NCBI GenBank assembly: GCA_963702475.1
Contig: CAVPCT010000006.1
Location: 256,001 to 320,000, forward strand
Direction of reading: 5' to 3'
Length of the DNA: 64,000 nucleotides
Source of the DNA: an uncultured Thermoleophilia bacterium
GTDB lineage: Bacteria; Actinomycetota; Thermoleophilia; UBA2241
Shown here: positions 28,446-37,642 of the stretch, piece by piece
How the letters are laid out: each line of letters starts with the position of its first letter
Position numbering within the stretch: position 1 is the stretch's first letter
Made by a program: the position numbers and the translations under genes
The notes under the pieces: model-generated
The model's database searches: none
Seen by the model: only the letters and a program-made list of their open reading frames with translations
What the model was told of the DNA's origin: nothing

Positions 28446-29453
28446 TCAATCGCCGGCTACGGGCTGGTCGCGTGGGCCGAGGTACGCCGCCGTGTCTATC
28501 ATGAAGATGCGCGACGACCAGCTGTCGCCGGCCGGCGTGCCGCGCTCGGCGTCGTCGACGGCGCCGATGCGGGCCGTCATGTCGTCGCAGTAGTGCACGA
28601 TGATGGCCTCGCGCGTCTGCGGGATGACGGGGCTGCCCTTCTCGCGCATGCCGTGGTGCGACACGATGATGTGCCGCAGCTGTTTGGCTGTCTCGGGCGG
28701 GAAGCCGGGGACCTCGGCGATGAGGCCGCGCACGATGTCGTGACCGATGACGATCTCGCCGTGCAGGCGGCCCTCATCGGTGAGCAGCGGCGCCATGGCG
28801 TCGCTCGTGTACGCCTCGATCTTGCCGATGTCGTGCAGGAGCGCGCCGGTGAGGACGAGGTCGCGGTCGACGGTGTCGAAGTTGTCGGCCACGCCGGCCG
28901 CCGTCTCGGCCACGATCACCGAGTGCTCCAGCAGCCCGTGCCGGTACGCGTGGTGGTTACGCACCGCGGCGGGCGCGACGAGGAACGTGGCGCCCGGCTC
29001 TCGGGAGCCGTCCAGGGCACGCTCGAGCAGGGCTCGCAGCCAGGGATCTGCGACCGAATCGACGAGGGCCGCGAGACGCTCGCCGAGTTCCGCGATGCCG
29101 ACCGGCGACACGGGAACGAGGTCGGCGGCGTGGTACTCGTCGGTCGCGGCCGGGCGCAGACGACGCAACTGGACCTGGGCGCCGTACTGCGGGTGGACGC
29201 TGTAGGTGCCGCCGGCGACGACGACGTCGCCGGCACTGAGGCCACAGGCCTCGTCGGATGGGTCGAAGTGGATGGCGTTGACCTCGCCGCTGGCGTCGCG
29301 AAGCTTGAGGCGGAGGTAGGTCTTGCCGTTGCGGTCGGTGGCCGCGGTGATCTCCGAGCAGGTGAAGTAGGTGTCCACGGCCTGGCCGCTCTCGAGATCG
29401 GCGATGGGCACCCTGGGCATGGCGGCAGCGAGGCCGCGGAGGTCGTTCAGCAT
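28446..29453 (-). CDS. OB-fold + HD-domain 3'-5' exoribonuclease (YhaM-like)
   Basis: GKTYLRLKLRDASG, APAAVRNHHAY..GLLEHS, LLHDIGK, SHHG. Confidence 0.9.
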   Translation of the reverse strand: MLNDLRGLAAAMPRVPIADLESGQAVDTYFTCSEITAATDRNGKTYLRLKLRDASGEVNAIHFDPSDEACGLSAGDVVVAGGTYSVHPQYGAQVQLRRLRPAATDEYHAADLVPVSPVGIAELGERLAALVDSVADPWLRALLERALDGSREPGATFLVAPAAVRNHHAYRHGLLEHSVIVAETAAGVADNFDTVDRDLVLTGALLHDIGKIEAYTSDAMAPLLTDEGRLHGEIVIGHDIVRGLIAEVPGFPPETAKQLRHIIVSHHGMREKGSPVIPQTREAIIVHYCDDMTARIGAVDDAERGTPAGDSWSSRIFMIDTAAYLGPRDQPVAGD

Positions 29454-29557
29454 CAGCTCTCCTTGGTCATCGCTAGGCTACCAGACGGCCGGGACGAACG
29501 ACGTCGCCGGGCTGGTGGACGTTGGTGCGGGGGAGCGGCCCGCAAGGTGGCGAGGCG

Positions 29558-30013
29558 TCAGTGGGCCTCCGCGCCCGCCGCGCTCGAGGTCGCGCCGTCC
29601 GCGTCCGGCGAGTCCGGCGCCGTGGCCGCGTCAGCCTTCCCGGCCGCCGCCGCCCCGGCCGCTTCCGTCTCGGGCGTGGCGACCAGGACCGTCGTCGTCT
29701 CGGGGCGCGCCGGCGTGTCGCCCGGAGCCGAGGGCTCCGCGGCCTCGCCGCGCAACTCGGCGATCTCGCGCTCGTTCTGGGCCAGCGCCTCGCGCGCCGC
29801 GGCCACTGCCTCCACGGAAGCGTCCAAGTCCGTGTGTGGCCGCTCGCCCTGTTCCATCAAGTCGTACGCCGCTCGCCCCAGCTCGCGCTCGGCCCTGCGG
29901 ACGTCGTTCTGCAAGGCGACGGCGCGCGCCTGAGCCGCGGCCACCTTGCCGGCCCGCTCGGCGTCCGCGGCCAGTTCCCCGGCCTTCGCCTTGACTGTGT
30001 CGAAGAGCCCCAT
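29558..30013 (-). CDS. Hypothetical coiled-coil protein
   Basis: MGLFDTVKAKAGELA...ELGRAAY; GGGAGG RBS. Confidence 0.7.
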   Translation of the reverse strand: MGLFDTVKAKAGELAADAERAGKVAAAQARAVALQNDVRRAERELGRAAYDLMEQGERPHTDLDASVEAVAAAREALAQNEREIAELRGEAAEPSAPGDTPARPETTTVLVATPETEAAGAAAAGKADAATAPDSPDADGATSSAAGAEAH

Positions 30014-30097
30014 GCGGCCTCCCTGTGAGCTTCGCGTGTCGCAGTTCGCGGCCGACTGACGGCGCCGCCTCGCACCACCCCTCTGAGTCCCCTGTGT

Positions 30098-30564
30098 TCA
30101 GTCTGGCGCGCTGGGGGATCTGCGTCCACCGCGAGCGTGAGTGCCGCGGCTGCGCTGGACGGCGAGCAGGACGAGCAGCGCCGCCGCGTTCAGCATGACC
30201 GCCACGAACCGCAGAGCGTAGCCGCCCGGGACAACAGGCCGCCCACCACCGCGCCGCAGGCCATCGGCAACCCCATGATGGTGTCGAAGATCGCGAGTCC
30301 CCACGCCGTCGGCATGTCTCCGAAGGAGTCGTTCACCATGCCTGCCGCGACCAGGCGCAGCGATTCGTAAGCGCCGCAGCACGCCATCGCGACGCCCCAG
30401 ACGACCGGGCTCCAGCCGGCCGGGAGGAGGGCTGTGCCGGCGAGCAGGAAGATGAGCACTCCGGCCATCCCGGCACGCGTACCGTACCTGTCTGTCGCGT
30501 GCCCCATGGCGAACAACAGGTTGGCGATCGCGGTCAGGCGCAGGTCGCGGTGCAGGTGTCTGAC
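30098..30564 (-). pseudogene. MFS transporter remnant (internal deletion plus frameshift)
   Basis: HRDLRLTAIANLLFAMG joined to GHATDRYG (motif-A-like) and the last TM helices; frame change near 30230; no canonical start codon. Confidence 0.55.
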
Positions 30565-30741
30565 CGGTCTCCCTTCGCGGGAGCAGATTCTATCGTCACG
30601 CCGGAGGCGGTTTCGCCGCGCTGTCCGGGTGGTCCATACTGGGTATCCCGCGGGCGGCCCCGCGCGGGACGAGGAGTGTTCCCCGTGAAGTCCGCGGGGT
30701 GCGAAGGACGATCGAGGCAGTGGCCGCCTCCGGGTGAGGAG

Positions 30742-31608
30742 ATGAGAGACGTGCAGATCGGCGGGATGGCGCTGAGGGACGGGGTGCTGCTGCAGAGCGA
30801 GCGGTACTGGGCGGCGGCGGTCAGGGAGCCCGACGGGTCGGTCAAGGTGAGCTCGGGGGCGAAGACCCCCCTTCCGGGGGCAGAGGCGATGAGGCAGGTG
30901 CCGCTTGTCCGCGGCGTAGCGCGTCTGGCGGAGTCGCTGGCCGTGTTGCCGGCCGTGCGGCGCGCCACGGGAGGGCCGGTACTGCCGCAGGAGGATCCGC
31001 GTATGCTGGCCGCCACGGCGGCGTCGGCCGTGGCCACTCTGGCGCTGCGCAGCTCAGGCCGCGGGTCTCCCCTCCTCAAGGAGCTGGCCGTGGCCGGCGT
31101 CTCGCTGGCGCCTCTCCTCCTTCTGTTGCGCGATTCACGACTGGCCCGCTACCACGGCGCCGAGCACAAGAGCATCGCCGCCTACGAGAGCGGGCAGGAC
31201 GTCGTGGAGGCGCAGAAGGAGCACGCGCGCTGCGGCTCCAACCTGGTCGCGCCGATGGTCCTCACGTCGCTCGGCACGAACCTTGCCCTCCGCGCGCTGG
31301 GCCGGGAGCGCGAGCCGCTCGCCACGCTGGTGGCGGGACTCGTGAGCCTGGGAGCCGCCATGGAGCTGTTCGCCTGGATGGCGCGCCACCAGGACCACCC
31401 GCTCGCGAAGACGCTGCGGATGCCGGGCATCGAGCTCCAGCGGGCGTTCACGACGAGCGAGCCCACATCGGATCAGTTGGACGTCGCCGACGCAGCTCTC
31501 AAGGAGCTCCTGCGTCTTGAGGAGGCGTCAGCGGCGAACTGCGCGGGCAGGCCTGAGTGTGGCAGCGGTGCACCCGACGGAGAACCGCTCATCGAGCCCG
31601 CTACGTAG
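30742..31608 (+). CDS. DUF1385 family membrane protein
   Basis: IGGMALRDGV, YHGAEHK, HARCGS, PGIELQRAFTTSEP. Confidence 0.88.
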   Translation: MRDVQIGGMALRDGVLLQSERYWAAAVREPDGSVKVSSGAKTPLPGAEAMRQVPLVRGVARLAESLAVLPAVRRATGGPVLPQEDPRMLAATAASAVATLALRSSGRGSPLLKELAVAGVSLAPLLLLLRDSRLARYHGAEHKSIAAYESGQDVVEAQKEHARCGSNLVAPMVLTSLGTNLALRALGREREPLATLVAGLVSLGAAMELFAWMARHQDHPLAKTLRMPGIELQRAFTTSEPTSDQLDVADAALKELLRLEEASAANCAGRPECGSGAPDGEPLIEPAT

Positions 31609-32038
31609 CTCGATCGTCGGCGGGCTGACGCAGGGCGAGGCGGGCGCGGCGTCGCTCGGCCGCCTCCGCGAGCCACTGCTTCTGCTGGTCGGTCTGGGGG
31701 TCGAGGCGCGGGACCGGGATGGGTCGCCCGCTGCCGCTGAGTGCGACGAACACCAGGTAGGCCGAATTGGTGTGCGCGACCATGCCGGTGGTGAGGTCCT
31801 CCGCCTCCACGCGCACGCCCACCTCGAGCGAGGTCGTCCCGGTGTAGTTGACGTTCGCCATGAGCCGCACCAGGTCGCCGGGCTGCACGGGGTGGTGGAA
31901 GTCGATGCGGTCGATGGCGGCGGTGACCACGGCGGTGCGGCAGAAGCGGTAGGCGCAGGCGCCGGCGGCCTCGTCGATCAGCTTCATGATGATGCCGCCG
32001 TGGATGTTGCCCATGTAGTTGGCCTCGGCCGGCTGCAT
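31601..32038 (-). CDS. Acyl-CoA thioesterase (hotdog fold)
   Basis: ANYMGNIHGG..IDEAAG, VVTAAID, TSLEVGV; true start may lie about 20 codons upstream. Confidence 0.92.
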   Translation of the reverse strand: MQPAEANYMGNIHGGIIMKLIDEAAGACAYRFCRTAVVTAAIDRIDFHHPVQPGDLVRLMANVNYTGTTSLEVGVRVEAEDLTTGMVAHTNSAYLVFVALSGSGRPIPVPRLDPQTDQQKQWLAEAAERRRARLALRQPADDRAT

Positions 32039-32112
32039 GAGGTGCGTGAGGACGAGGCTCGTCTCAGTGCCTCTCGGCCGAGGTTCGAAGTCGTTCGTGA
32101 CAGACTCCCCCG

Positions 32113-32319
32113 TCAGTGGATGTCGGCGACGTTGCGGCCGCCGCGCTGTCGCCTGTCCCTGACCGTGCGGGCGCCGCCGCCTGCGCCCTCGGTCGCCTGG
32201 CGCCGGTCGCCCTGGCGCCGGTCGACGATCACGGTGACGTTGGCGTTGCCCTTGTAGTGTTCGACGAGGCGCGCGAAGGCTTCTTCACCCAGTTCGCGCG
32301 GGACGACACAGTAGATCAC
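32113..32319 (-). CDS. Small protein with three DRR motifs
   Basis: GAGGAGG RBS, GTG start; IYCVVPREL...VIVDRRQGDRR...RDRRQR. Confidence 0.75.
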   Translation of the reverse strand: MIYCVVPRELGEEAFARLVEHYKGNANVTVIVDRRQGDRRQATEGAGGGARTVRDRRQRGGRNVADIH

Positions 32320-32443
32320 ACCAGCCTCCTCTGGACCGCGCACACGGTAACACACCGACACAGCGCCCGACCACACCAATGAGCGAGGGCCGGGCCGGCC
32401 GCTCCTGCCGGTCCCGGCCCTCTGAAGGGGGTACCGGTGAGGA

Positions 32444-32472
32444 ATATCGGCAGCCCCTACCAGGACCTTTAG
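32444..32472 (-). promoter_or_regulatory. Sigma-28 (FliA/SigD/WhiG)-type promoter
   Basis: Minus strand CTAAA-N16-GCCGATAT, close to the sigma-28 family consensus. Confidence 0.7.
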
Positions 32473-32532
32473 CGCATCCTTGCGTTTCGCGGCTCTGCTA
32501 AGCCGGTTGGTGAAGGGCCGGCCGGCTGGCCG

Positions 32533-32922
32533 TCATACCACGGCGATGACCAGCGTCCTTGCTGTAGCCCTCACGCCGCCGGCCTCCCACACCGCGCGAT
32601 AGCGGCACAGGCTCATGGCGGGGTTCTTCACCTGGACGGTGACGGCGTACGTGCCCACGTCGCTGTCGGTCCACCTCGGCTTGGCCTTGGCGATGACCCG
32701 CCAGGCGCGGTCGAGCTTCTGCTGGACCACCACGTACATGGCGCCTTCGCCGCCGTTCGTGTTCACGACCGTGCCGCCCACCACGACCGTCTCGTTCGGC
32801 TCCGCCTGGCTTGGCCCTCTGAGGGTGACACGGGGCGCCATCGCGCCGTCCAGCACGGCGGGCGCGACGGCGAGCAGGGTGACCAGAGCGAGCGCCAACA
32901 CGCCTGGAGCCGCTCGCTTCAT
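32533..32922 (-). CDS. Small secreted beta-rich protein (paralog 1)
   Basis: Signal peptide; alternating beta-strand pattern; similar to 33090-33494. Confidence 0.7.
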   Translation of the reverse strand: MKRAAPGVLALALVTLLAVAPAVLDGAMAPRVTLRGPSQAEPNETVVVGGTVVNTNGGEGAMYVVVQQKLDRAWRVIAKAKPRWTDSDVGTYAVTVQVKNPAMSLCRYRAVWEAGGVRATARTLVIAVV

Positions 32923-33038
32923 GGCCTCTTCTCAGCTCGCCGGGGAGCACGCATGCTCGTCCCCGGCGTCGGCGCATCCGACGCAGTCCGCCTGTTCCCG
33001 TCATCGGCACGGTGTCGTGCGGGCCTGAACGGCGCCGT

Positions 33039-33092
33039 TCAGTGACCGGTGCCCTTGCGGTGCACCCGTCGTTGAGCCCACTACGTCGCTCA
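33039..33092. repeat. REP-like ~51-bp imperfect palindrome, single copy
   Basis: TCAGTGACCGGTGCCCTTGCGGTGCACCCGTCGTTGAGCCCACTACGTCGCTCA, similar to the 37643 unit. Confidence 0.75.
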
Positions 33093-33494
33093 CTCGATCT
33101 CCACGCGGCAGACGTTGCTGTACGTGTCGCCGCCGGGGTTCGTCCACTTGACGCGGTACTGGGCGATGCCCATGGCCGTAGGGGTCGGGTCGGAGACCGA
33201 GAAGACCGCCTTGCCTTCTGATCCACCGAGCCGCCAGTCGATCGTCTTGCTGGCGATGCGCCTGAGGTGACCGTCCTTGTTCTGGAGGAGCACCGCGACC
33301 CTGTCGCCGCCGCCGTACTTCAGCGAGTTCTCGAATGTCGCGGTCAGCTTTAACGTCGCACCCTCGGCCACGTTGCCGGGCCCCCTGAGCTTGATGCTAA
33401 CGCCTGTCTTCTCATTGGCGGCCGCGACGACGGCCGTGGCGGCCAGGAGGAGTGCCACGGCCAACGCAAGCAGGACCACTGACCTGAGTCTCAT
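33090..33494 (-). CDS. Small secreted beta-rich protein (paralog 2)
   Basis: Signal peptide; GGAGG RBS; LRGP..QNK..W..YRVKW pattern shared with paralog 1. Confidence 0.72.
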   Translation of the reverse strand: MRLRSVVLLALAVALLLAATAVVAAANEKTGVSIKLRGPGNVAEGATLKLTATFENSLKYGGGDRVAVLLQNKDGHLRRIASKTIDWRLGGSEGKAVFSVSDPTPTAMGIAQYRVKWTNPGGDTYSNVCRVEIE

Positions 33495-33599
33495 GTTCCA
33501 CCTCCGCATCGGGCTGTGCCACAGCCCGGCTGAGCCACACGCCGGGAGCGGCCTCACCCGCTATGTCGGCAGGTGAGCGGCCGAAGTGGAGAAAGGTCG

Positions 33600-33755
33600 C
33601 AGTGAGCGGTGACGCTACGCCGCACCACTCGTTGACCCACCTGCGGCGGTCAGTGACCGGTGCACCTGGCGGCCCACCGGTCGTTAGCGCCGCTACGTCG
33701 GCTAATGAGCGGTGACGCTACGCCGCACCACTCGTTGACCCACCTGCGGCGGTCA
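33600..33755. repeat. BIME-like A-B-A cluster of REP-like units
   Basis: Identical 50-mers at 33603-33652 and 33706-33755 flank a unit related to the 33039 and 37643 copies. Confidence 0.8.
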
Positions 33756-35540
33756 ATCGCGGGCGAGGGCGGCGAGGGCGTCCAGCAGGACCGGGTCGCC
33801 GGCCAGGACCTGCGCCGCCGCGCCCTCGACGCGCGCCGCCATGCCCTCCGTGAAGTACTGGGCCGCGAGGAGCTTGCGCGCGTCGTCCTGGGCTGCTCGC
33901 AGCACGAGGTAGCCGCAGGCCACGTCGATGCTCATCTCGGTGAGCCGGCGGGCGTGGAAGTCACGGAAGCGACTGTCGCCGAGGGAGCGCACGCGTTCGA
34001 TGGACTCGGCCAGGCGCGCGCGGGCGTGCCGCACGCGCGCCAGGAGTTCGGGGGTGGCTGAAAGCTCCTCGGCGTCGTACTCGTCGAGCCTCCCGGCCAG
34101 CGTGCCGCCGAGGATGCCGCCGATGGCGGCCACCACCTGCAGCTGCGTCGTGCCCTCGTAGATGTTGGTGATGCGCGCGTCGCGGGCGTGGCGCTCCACG
34201 GAGAAGTCGCGCATGTAGCCGGATCCGCCGTGCACCTGCAGCGACTCGTAGGCCACGGTGTTGGCCATCTCCGTCGCCAGCGCCTTCGAAAGCGGCGTGA
34301 ACAGGGCCGCCAGGCGCGTGTACTTCTTGAGCTCGGCGCGCAGCGCCTTGACGTCGTCGTCCTCGGGGTGGCGGCCGCGAGCCGGGCGGCCGTCGGGGGC
34401 GGCCGGCGAAGCCTCACCGCCCTCGGCCGCCTTCTGGAGCTGCTCGATGCGGTGCTCGAGCACCTCCTTGGTGTCGACGATGAGCGCGGTCTCGTAGAGC
34501 AGCGCGCGCGACGCCTCGATGCTCACCTTCATGTCGGCGAGCATGCCCTTGACGGCGGTGAGCTCGCCGATGGGCGCGCCGAACTGCACGCGTTCGGCGG
34601 CGTACTTCGCCGCCGCCCGGTACGCCGCCTCGGCGATGCCCTGCGCCTGTGCGGCGATCGCGATGCGGGCGCCGTTCATGAGACTCATGACGTAGGTCGT
34701 GAGCCCGCGCCGGCGCTCACCGACGAGCAGCGCCGGCGCGTCGTCGAACTGGAGCTCACACGTCGGCGACCCGTGGATGCCGAGCTTGTCCTCAAGGCGG
34801 CGGATACGCATGTGCTCGTCGCGCTCGTAGAGGAACATGCTGAGGCCGCGCGCGTCGGTGGTGCCCTCTTCCGAGCGCGCCAGCACGAGGCTGATGGCCC
34901 CGCAGCCGTTGGTGATGAAGCGCTTCACGCCGTTGAGGCGCCAGGTACCGTCCGGCTGCTCAGTGGCCTTGAGCTGCACGTTCTGCAGGTCGCTGCCGGC
35001 CTCGGGCTCCGTGAGCGCCATGCTGCCGGTGACCTCGCCGCTGGCGAAGCGCGGCAGGTAGGCGGCCTTCATCTCGTCGTCGGCGAACTTGTTGACCGTC
35101 TCGCTGATGTCCTGGAGGCCGAAGATGTTCATGAGCGCGGGGTCGGCCCGGCTGACCATCTCGACGATCATCACGCTGACCGACACGGGGAAGTTGAGCC
35201 CGCCGTACTTGCGCGGCAGGGTGATGCCCATGAGGTCGGCCTGTTTGAGGCGCTCCAGACCCTCGGCGATGCCGGGCGCGTAGCACACCTCGCCCTGCAC
35301 GAGCTCACTGCCGGCCCGGTCGATGCCCTCTGCGCGCGGCTCGATGTACTCGCCGGCCAGGTCGCCGACGATGTCGAGGGTGCGCTCGTAGGAGTCCAGC
35401 GCGTCCTCGTAGTCACGCGGCGCGTAGGCGAAGTCGCGCGCCTGGGCGTAGCCGTCCTCACGCAGGCGCACCACGCGCGCCAGGTCGATGCGGCGCAGGG
35501 CGGCCTGCAGGTCCGGGTTGTCGCGGTAGAAGTTGCTCAT
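33753..35540 (-). CDS. Acyl-CoA dehydrogenase (long, ETF-linked)
   Basis: MALTEPEAGSD, LNGVKRFITNG, KLGIHGSPT, QVHGGSGY, IYEGTTQLQ. Confidence 0.95.
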   Translation of the reverse strand: MSNFYRDNPDLQAALRRIDLARVVRLREDGYAQARDFAYAPRDYEDALDSYERTLDIVGDLAGEYIEPRAEGIDRAGSELVQGEVCYAPGIAEGLERLKQADLMGITLPRKYGGLNFPVSVSVMIVEMVSRADPALMNIFGLQDISETVNKFADDEMKAAYLPRFASGEVTGSMALTEPEAGSDLQNVQLKATEQPDGTWRLNGVKRFITNGCGAISLVLARSEEGTTDARGLSMFLYERDEHMRIRRLEDKLGIHGSPTCELQFDDAPALLVGERRRGLTTYVMSLMNGARIAIAAQAQGIAEAAYRAAAKYAAERVQFGAPIGELTAVKGMLADMKVSIEASRALLYETALIVDTKEVLEHRIEQLQKAAEGGEASPAAPDGRPARGRHPEDDDVKALRAELKKYTRLAALFTPLSKALATEMANTVAYESLQVHGGSGYMRDFSVERHARDARITNIYEGTTQLQVVAAIGGILGGTLAGRLDEYDAEELSATPELLARVRHARARLAESIERVRSLGDSRFRDFHARRLTEMSIDVACGYLVLRAAQDDARKLLAAQYFTEGMAARVEGAAAQVLAGDPVLLDALAALARD

Positions 35541-36649
35541 GCCGCCCCTCCGTCGTGGGAGGCCACGCCCTTTGTCCGGTAGGCCTTGATCAGCAGGGGG
35601 ATGACCTTGTGGAGGTCGCCGACGATGCCGTAGTGGGCGACCGAGAAGATGGGCGCCAGCGGGTCGCTGTTGATGGCGAGGATGCGGGCGCTCTGGTCCA
35701 TGCCGGCGCGGTGCTGCACCGAGCCGCTGATGCCGCAGGCGATGTAGAGCTTGGGGCGGACGGTGGTGCCCGTCTGGCCGACCTGGTGGTCGTGATCGAT
35801 CCAGCCGGCGTCCACGGCGGCGCGGCTGGCACCGACGACGCCGCCGAGCGAGCGTGCGAGCTCTTCGACGAGGCCGAACCCCTCGCGCGAGCCGACGCCG
35901 ACGCCGCCCGACACGACGATGCGCGCGCCTTTGAGGTCCACGCGCTTCTCCTCGCTGACACGCCTTACCAGCTTGACCGCGAAGTCGGCGTCGGTGAGGA
36001 CGACGCGGTCGGCAGGCGCGACCGCAGCCGACGAGCGCTCGACCGGCACGCGGAGGATCTCGCCGTTGCGCGTTGCGTCCGCCTGCGGCATGACCATGAC
36101 CCCCTCGCGCACTGTGGCCATCTGCGGCCTGTGCTCGGGGCTCACGATGGTCGCGATGATGTTGCCGCCGAAGGCCGGGCGGATCTGGTACAGGATGCTC
36201 TCCCAGGTCTCGCCCTTGGCGGTGAAGTCGCCGATGCGCAGGTCGGTGCAGTCGGCCGTGAGGCCGGTGCGCAGGGCGCTGGCGACGCGCGGCGCGAGGT
36301 CACGACCTGTGGTGGTCGCGCCGTAGAGGACGATCTGCGGCTCGTACTGACGCACGAGCGTGGTCACGAGCCGCGTGTACGGAAGGGCCAGGTAGTCGCC
36401 GAGGTCCTCGTGGCCGGCGAGGTACACGGTGTCGGCGCCGCGGGCGACGACTTCGGCGGCGAGGCCGTTCACGGCCTCGCCGGACCCGGCCAGCACGGCG
36501 CCGACACTCGCGCCGAGCGACGCCGCGAGCTCGCGGGCGCGGCCGAGCAGCTCGAGGCTGACCTCGGCCGCTTCGCCGTCGTGCTGCTCGATGAACACCC
36601 AGACCTCGCCGGCGCCGTTCACGGGGGCGCCTCCCGTCCGGTCAGCCAA
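35537..36649 (-). CDS. etfA: Electron transfer flavoprotein alpha subunit
   Basis: GLTADCT, RPAFGGNI, GASRAAVDAGW, QVGQTG, GISGSVQH. Confidence 0.95.
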   Translation of the reverse strand: MADRTGGAPVNGAGEVWVFIEQHDGEAAEVSLELLGRARELAASLGASVGAVLAGSGEAVNGLAAEVVARGADTVYLAGHEDLGDYLALPYTRLVTTLVRQYEPQIVLYGATTTGRDLAPRVASALRTGLTADCTDLRIGDFTAKGETWESILYQIRPAFGGNIIATIVSPEHRPQMATVREGVMVMPQADATRNGEILRVPVERSSAAVAPADRVVLTDADFAVKLVRRVSEEKRVDLKGARIVVSGGVGVGSREGFGLVEELARSLGGVVGASRAAVDAGWIDHDHQVGQTGTTVRPKLYIACGISGSVQHRAGMDQSARILAINSDPLAPIFSVAHYGIVGDLHKVIPLLIKAYRTKGVASHDGGAA

Positions 36650-37568
36650 GGATGTGCTCCTCGATCAGCTGGTGCACGAGCTCGGCGATGCCGGCCTCGT
36701 CGGGCTCGACCATGCGCGCCTCGCTCTGCGCGAGCACGACGCTCTCGATCTCCTTCACGCGCGTGGGTGAGCCGCGCAGGCCCAGGGCCTCGCGGTCGGC
36801 CTCGAGCGCCTCGTGGTCCCACTGGACGACCCGGGCGCGACAGACCGGCTTGCCGTCGCGCCCGATCATGCAGACCTCGGCGTCGTCGCTCTCGGGGTCC
36901 AGGTAGCTGTCGTCGTACTCGGGCATGGCCTCGGCGGCGATGTCCTTGTACGTCATGACGAGCTTCACGCTGGGTGGGCGCGGGTCGTTGGCCTCGCCGG
37001 CTACCGTGAGGAGGCACGGCAGCGAGCTGGTGAGCGTCTCGAAGCCGCCCTCGATGGAGCGCGTCGCCGTGACGCTGCCGATGGCGTCGCCGTCGGGCGG
37101 GGTCACGGCCTCGATGCGGCTGACGCAGGTGATCTGGGGCACGCCAAGCTTCTCGGCGGTCTGCGGGCCGACCTGGGCGGTGTCGCCGTCGATGGCCTGG
37201 CGGCCGCACAGGATGACGTCGACGCCGCCGAGCTTGCGCACGGCGAGCGAGAGGGCGTAGCTGGTTGCGAGCGTGTCGGCGCCGGCGAAGGCGCGGTCGG
37301 TGAGCAGCACGACCTCGTCGGCGCCGCGGAACAGGGAGTCGCGCAGCACCTGCACGGCGGCCGGCGGCCCCATGGTGATCACGGTGACGCGGCCGCCGTG
37401 GCGGTCCTTGAGCTTGAGCGCCTCCTCGAGGGCGCTGAGGTCCTCGGGGTTGAACACCGTCGGCAGCGCCGCCCGGTTGATGGTGCCGTCCTCTTTCATG
37501 GCCTCGCCGGTCACGTTCTGCGTGTCCGGGACCTGTTTGACGAGGACGACGATACGAAGCTGAGCCAT
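36642..37568 (-). CDS. etfB: Electron transfer flavoprotein beta subunit
   Basis: KQVPDT, TMGPP, FAGADTLATS, GRQAIDGDTAQVGP, GLRGSPT. Confidence 0.95.
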   Translation of the reverse strand: MAQLRIVVLVKQVPDTQNVTGEAMKEDGTINRAALPTVFNPEDLSALEEALKLKDRHGGRVTVITMGPPAAVQVLRDSLFRGADEVVLLTDRAFAGADTLATSYALSLAVRKLGGVDVILCGRQAIDGDTAQVGPQTAEKLGVPQITCVSRIEAVTPPDGDAIGSVTATRSIEGGFETLTSSLPCLLTVAGEANDPRPPSVKLVMTYKDIAAEAMPEYDDSYLDPESDDAEVCMIGRDGKPVCRARVVQWDHEALEADREALGLRGSPTRVKEIESVVLAQSEARMVEPDEAGIAELVHQLIEEHILG

Positions 37569-37642
37569 GAGCGTGGGACTTCCCGTCGTGGTCGATACCA
37601 GAGGCGGTACGCTACCAGAAAGTCGTCGCTTGCGGCAAAGCC

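Noticed and set aside
33600-33755. Repeat-spacer-repeat pattern resembling a mini CRISPR array
   Set aside because: The 'spacer' is itself a member of the same palindrome family, the repeats are 50 bp, and no cas genes are present
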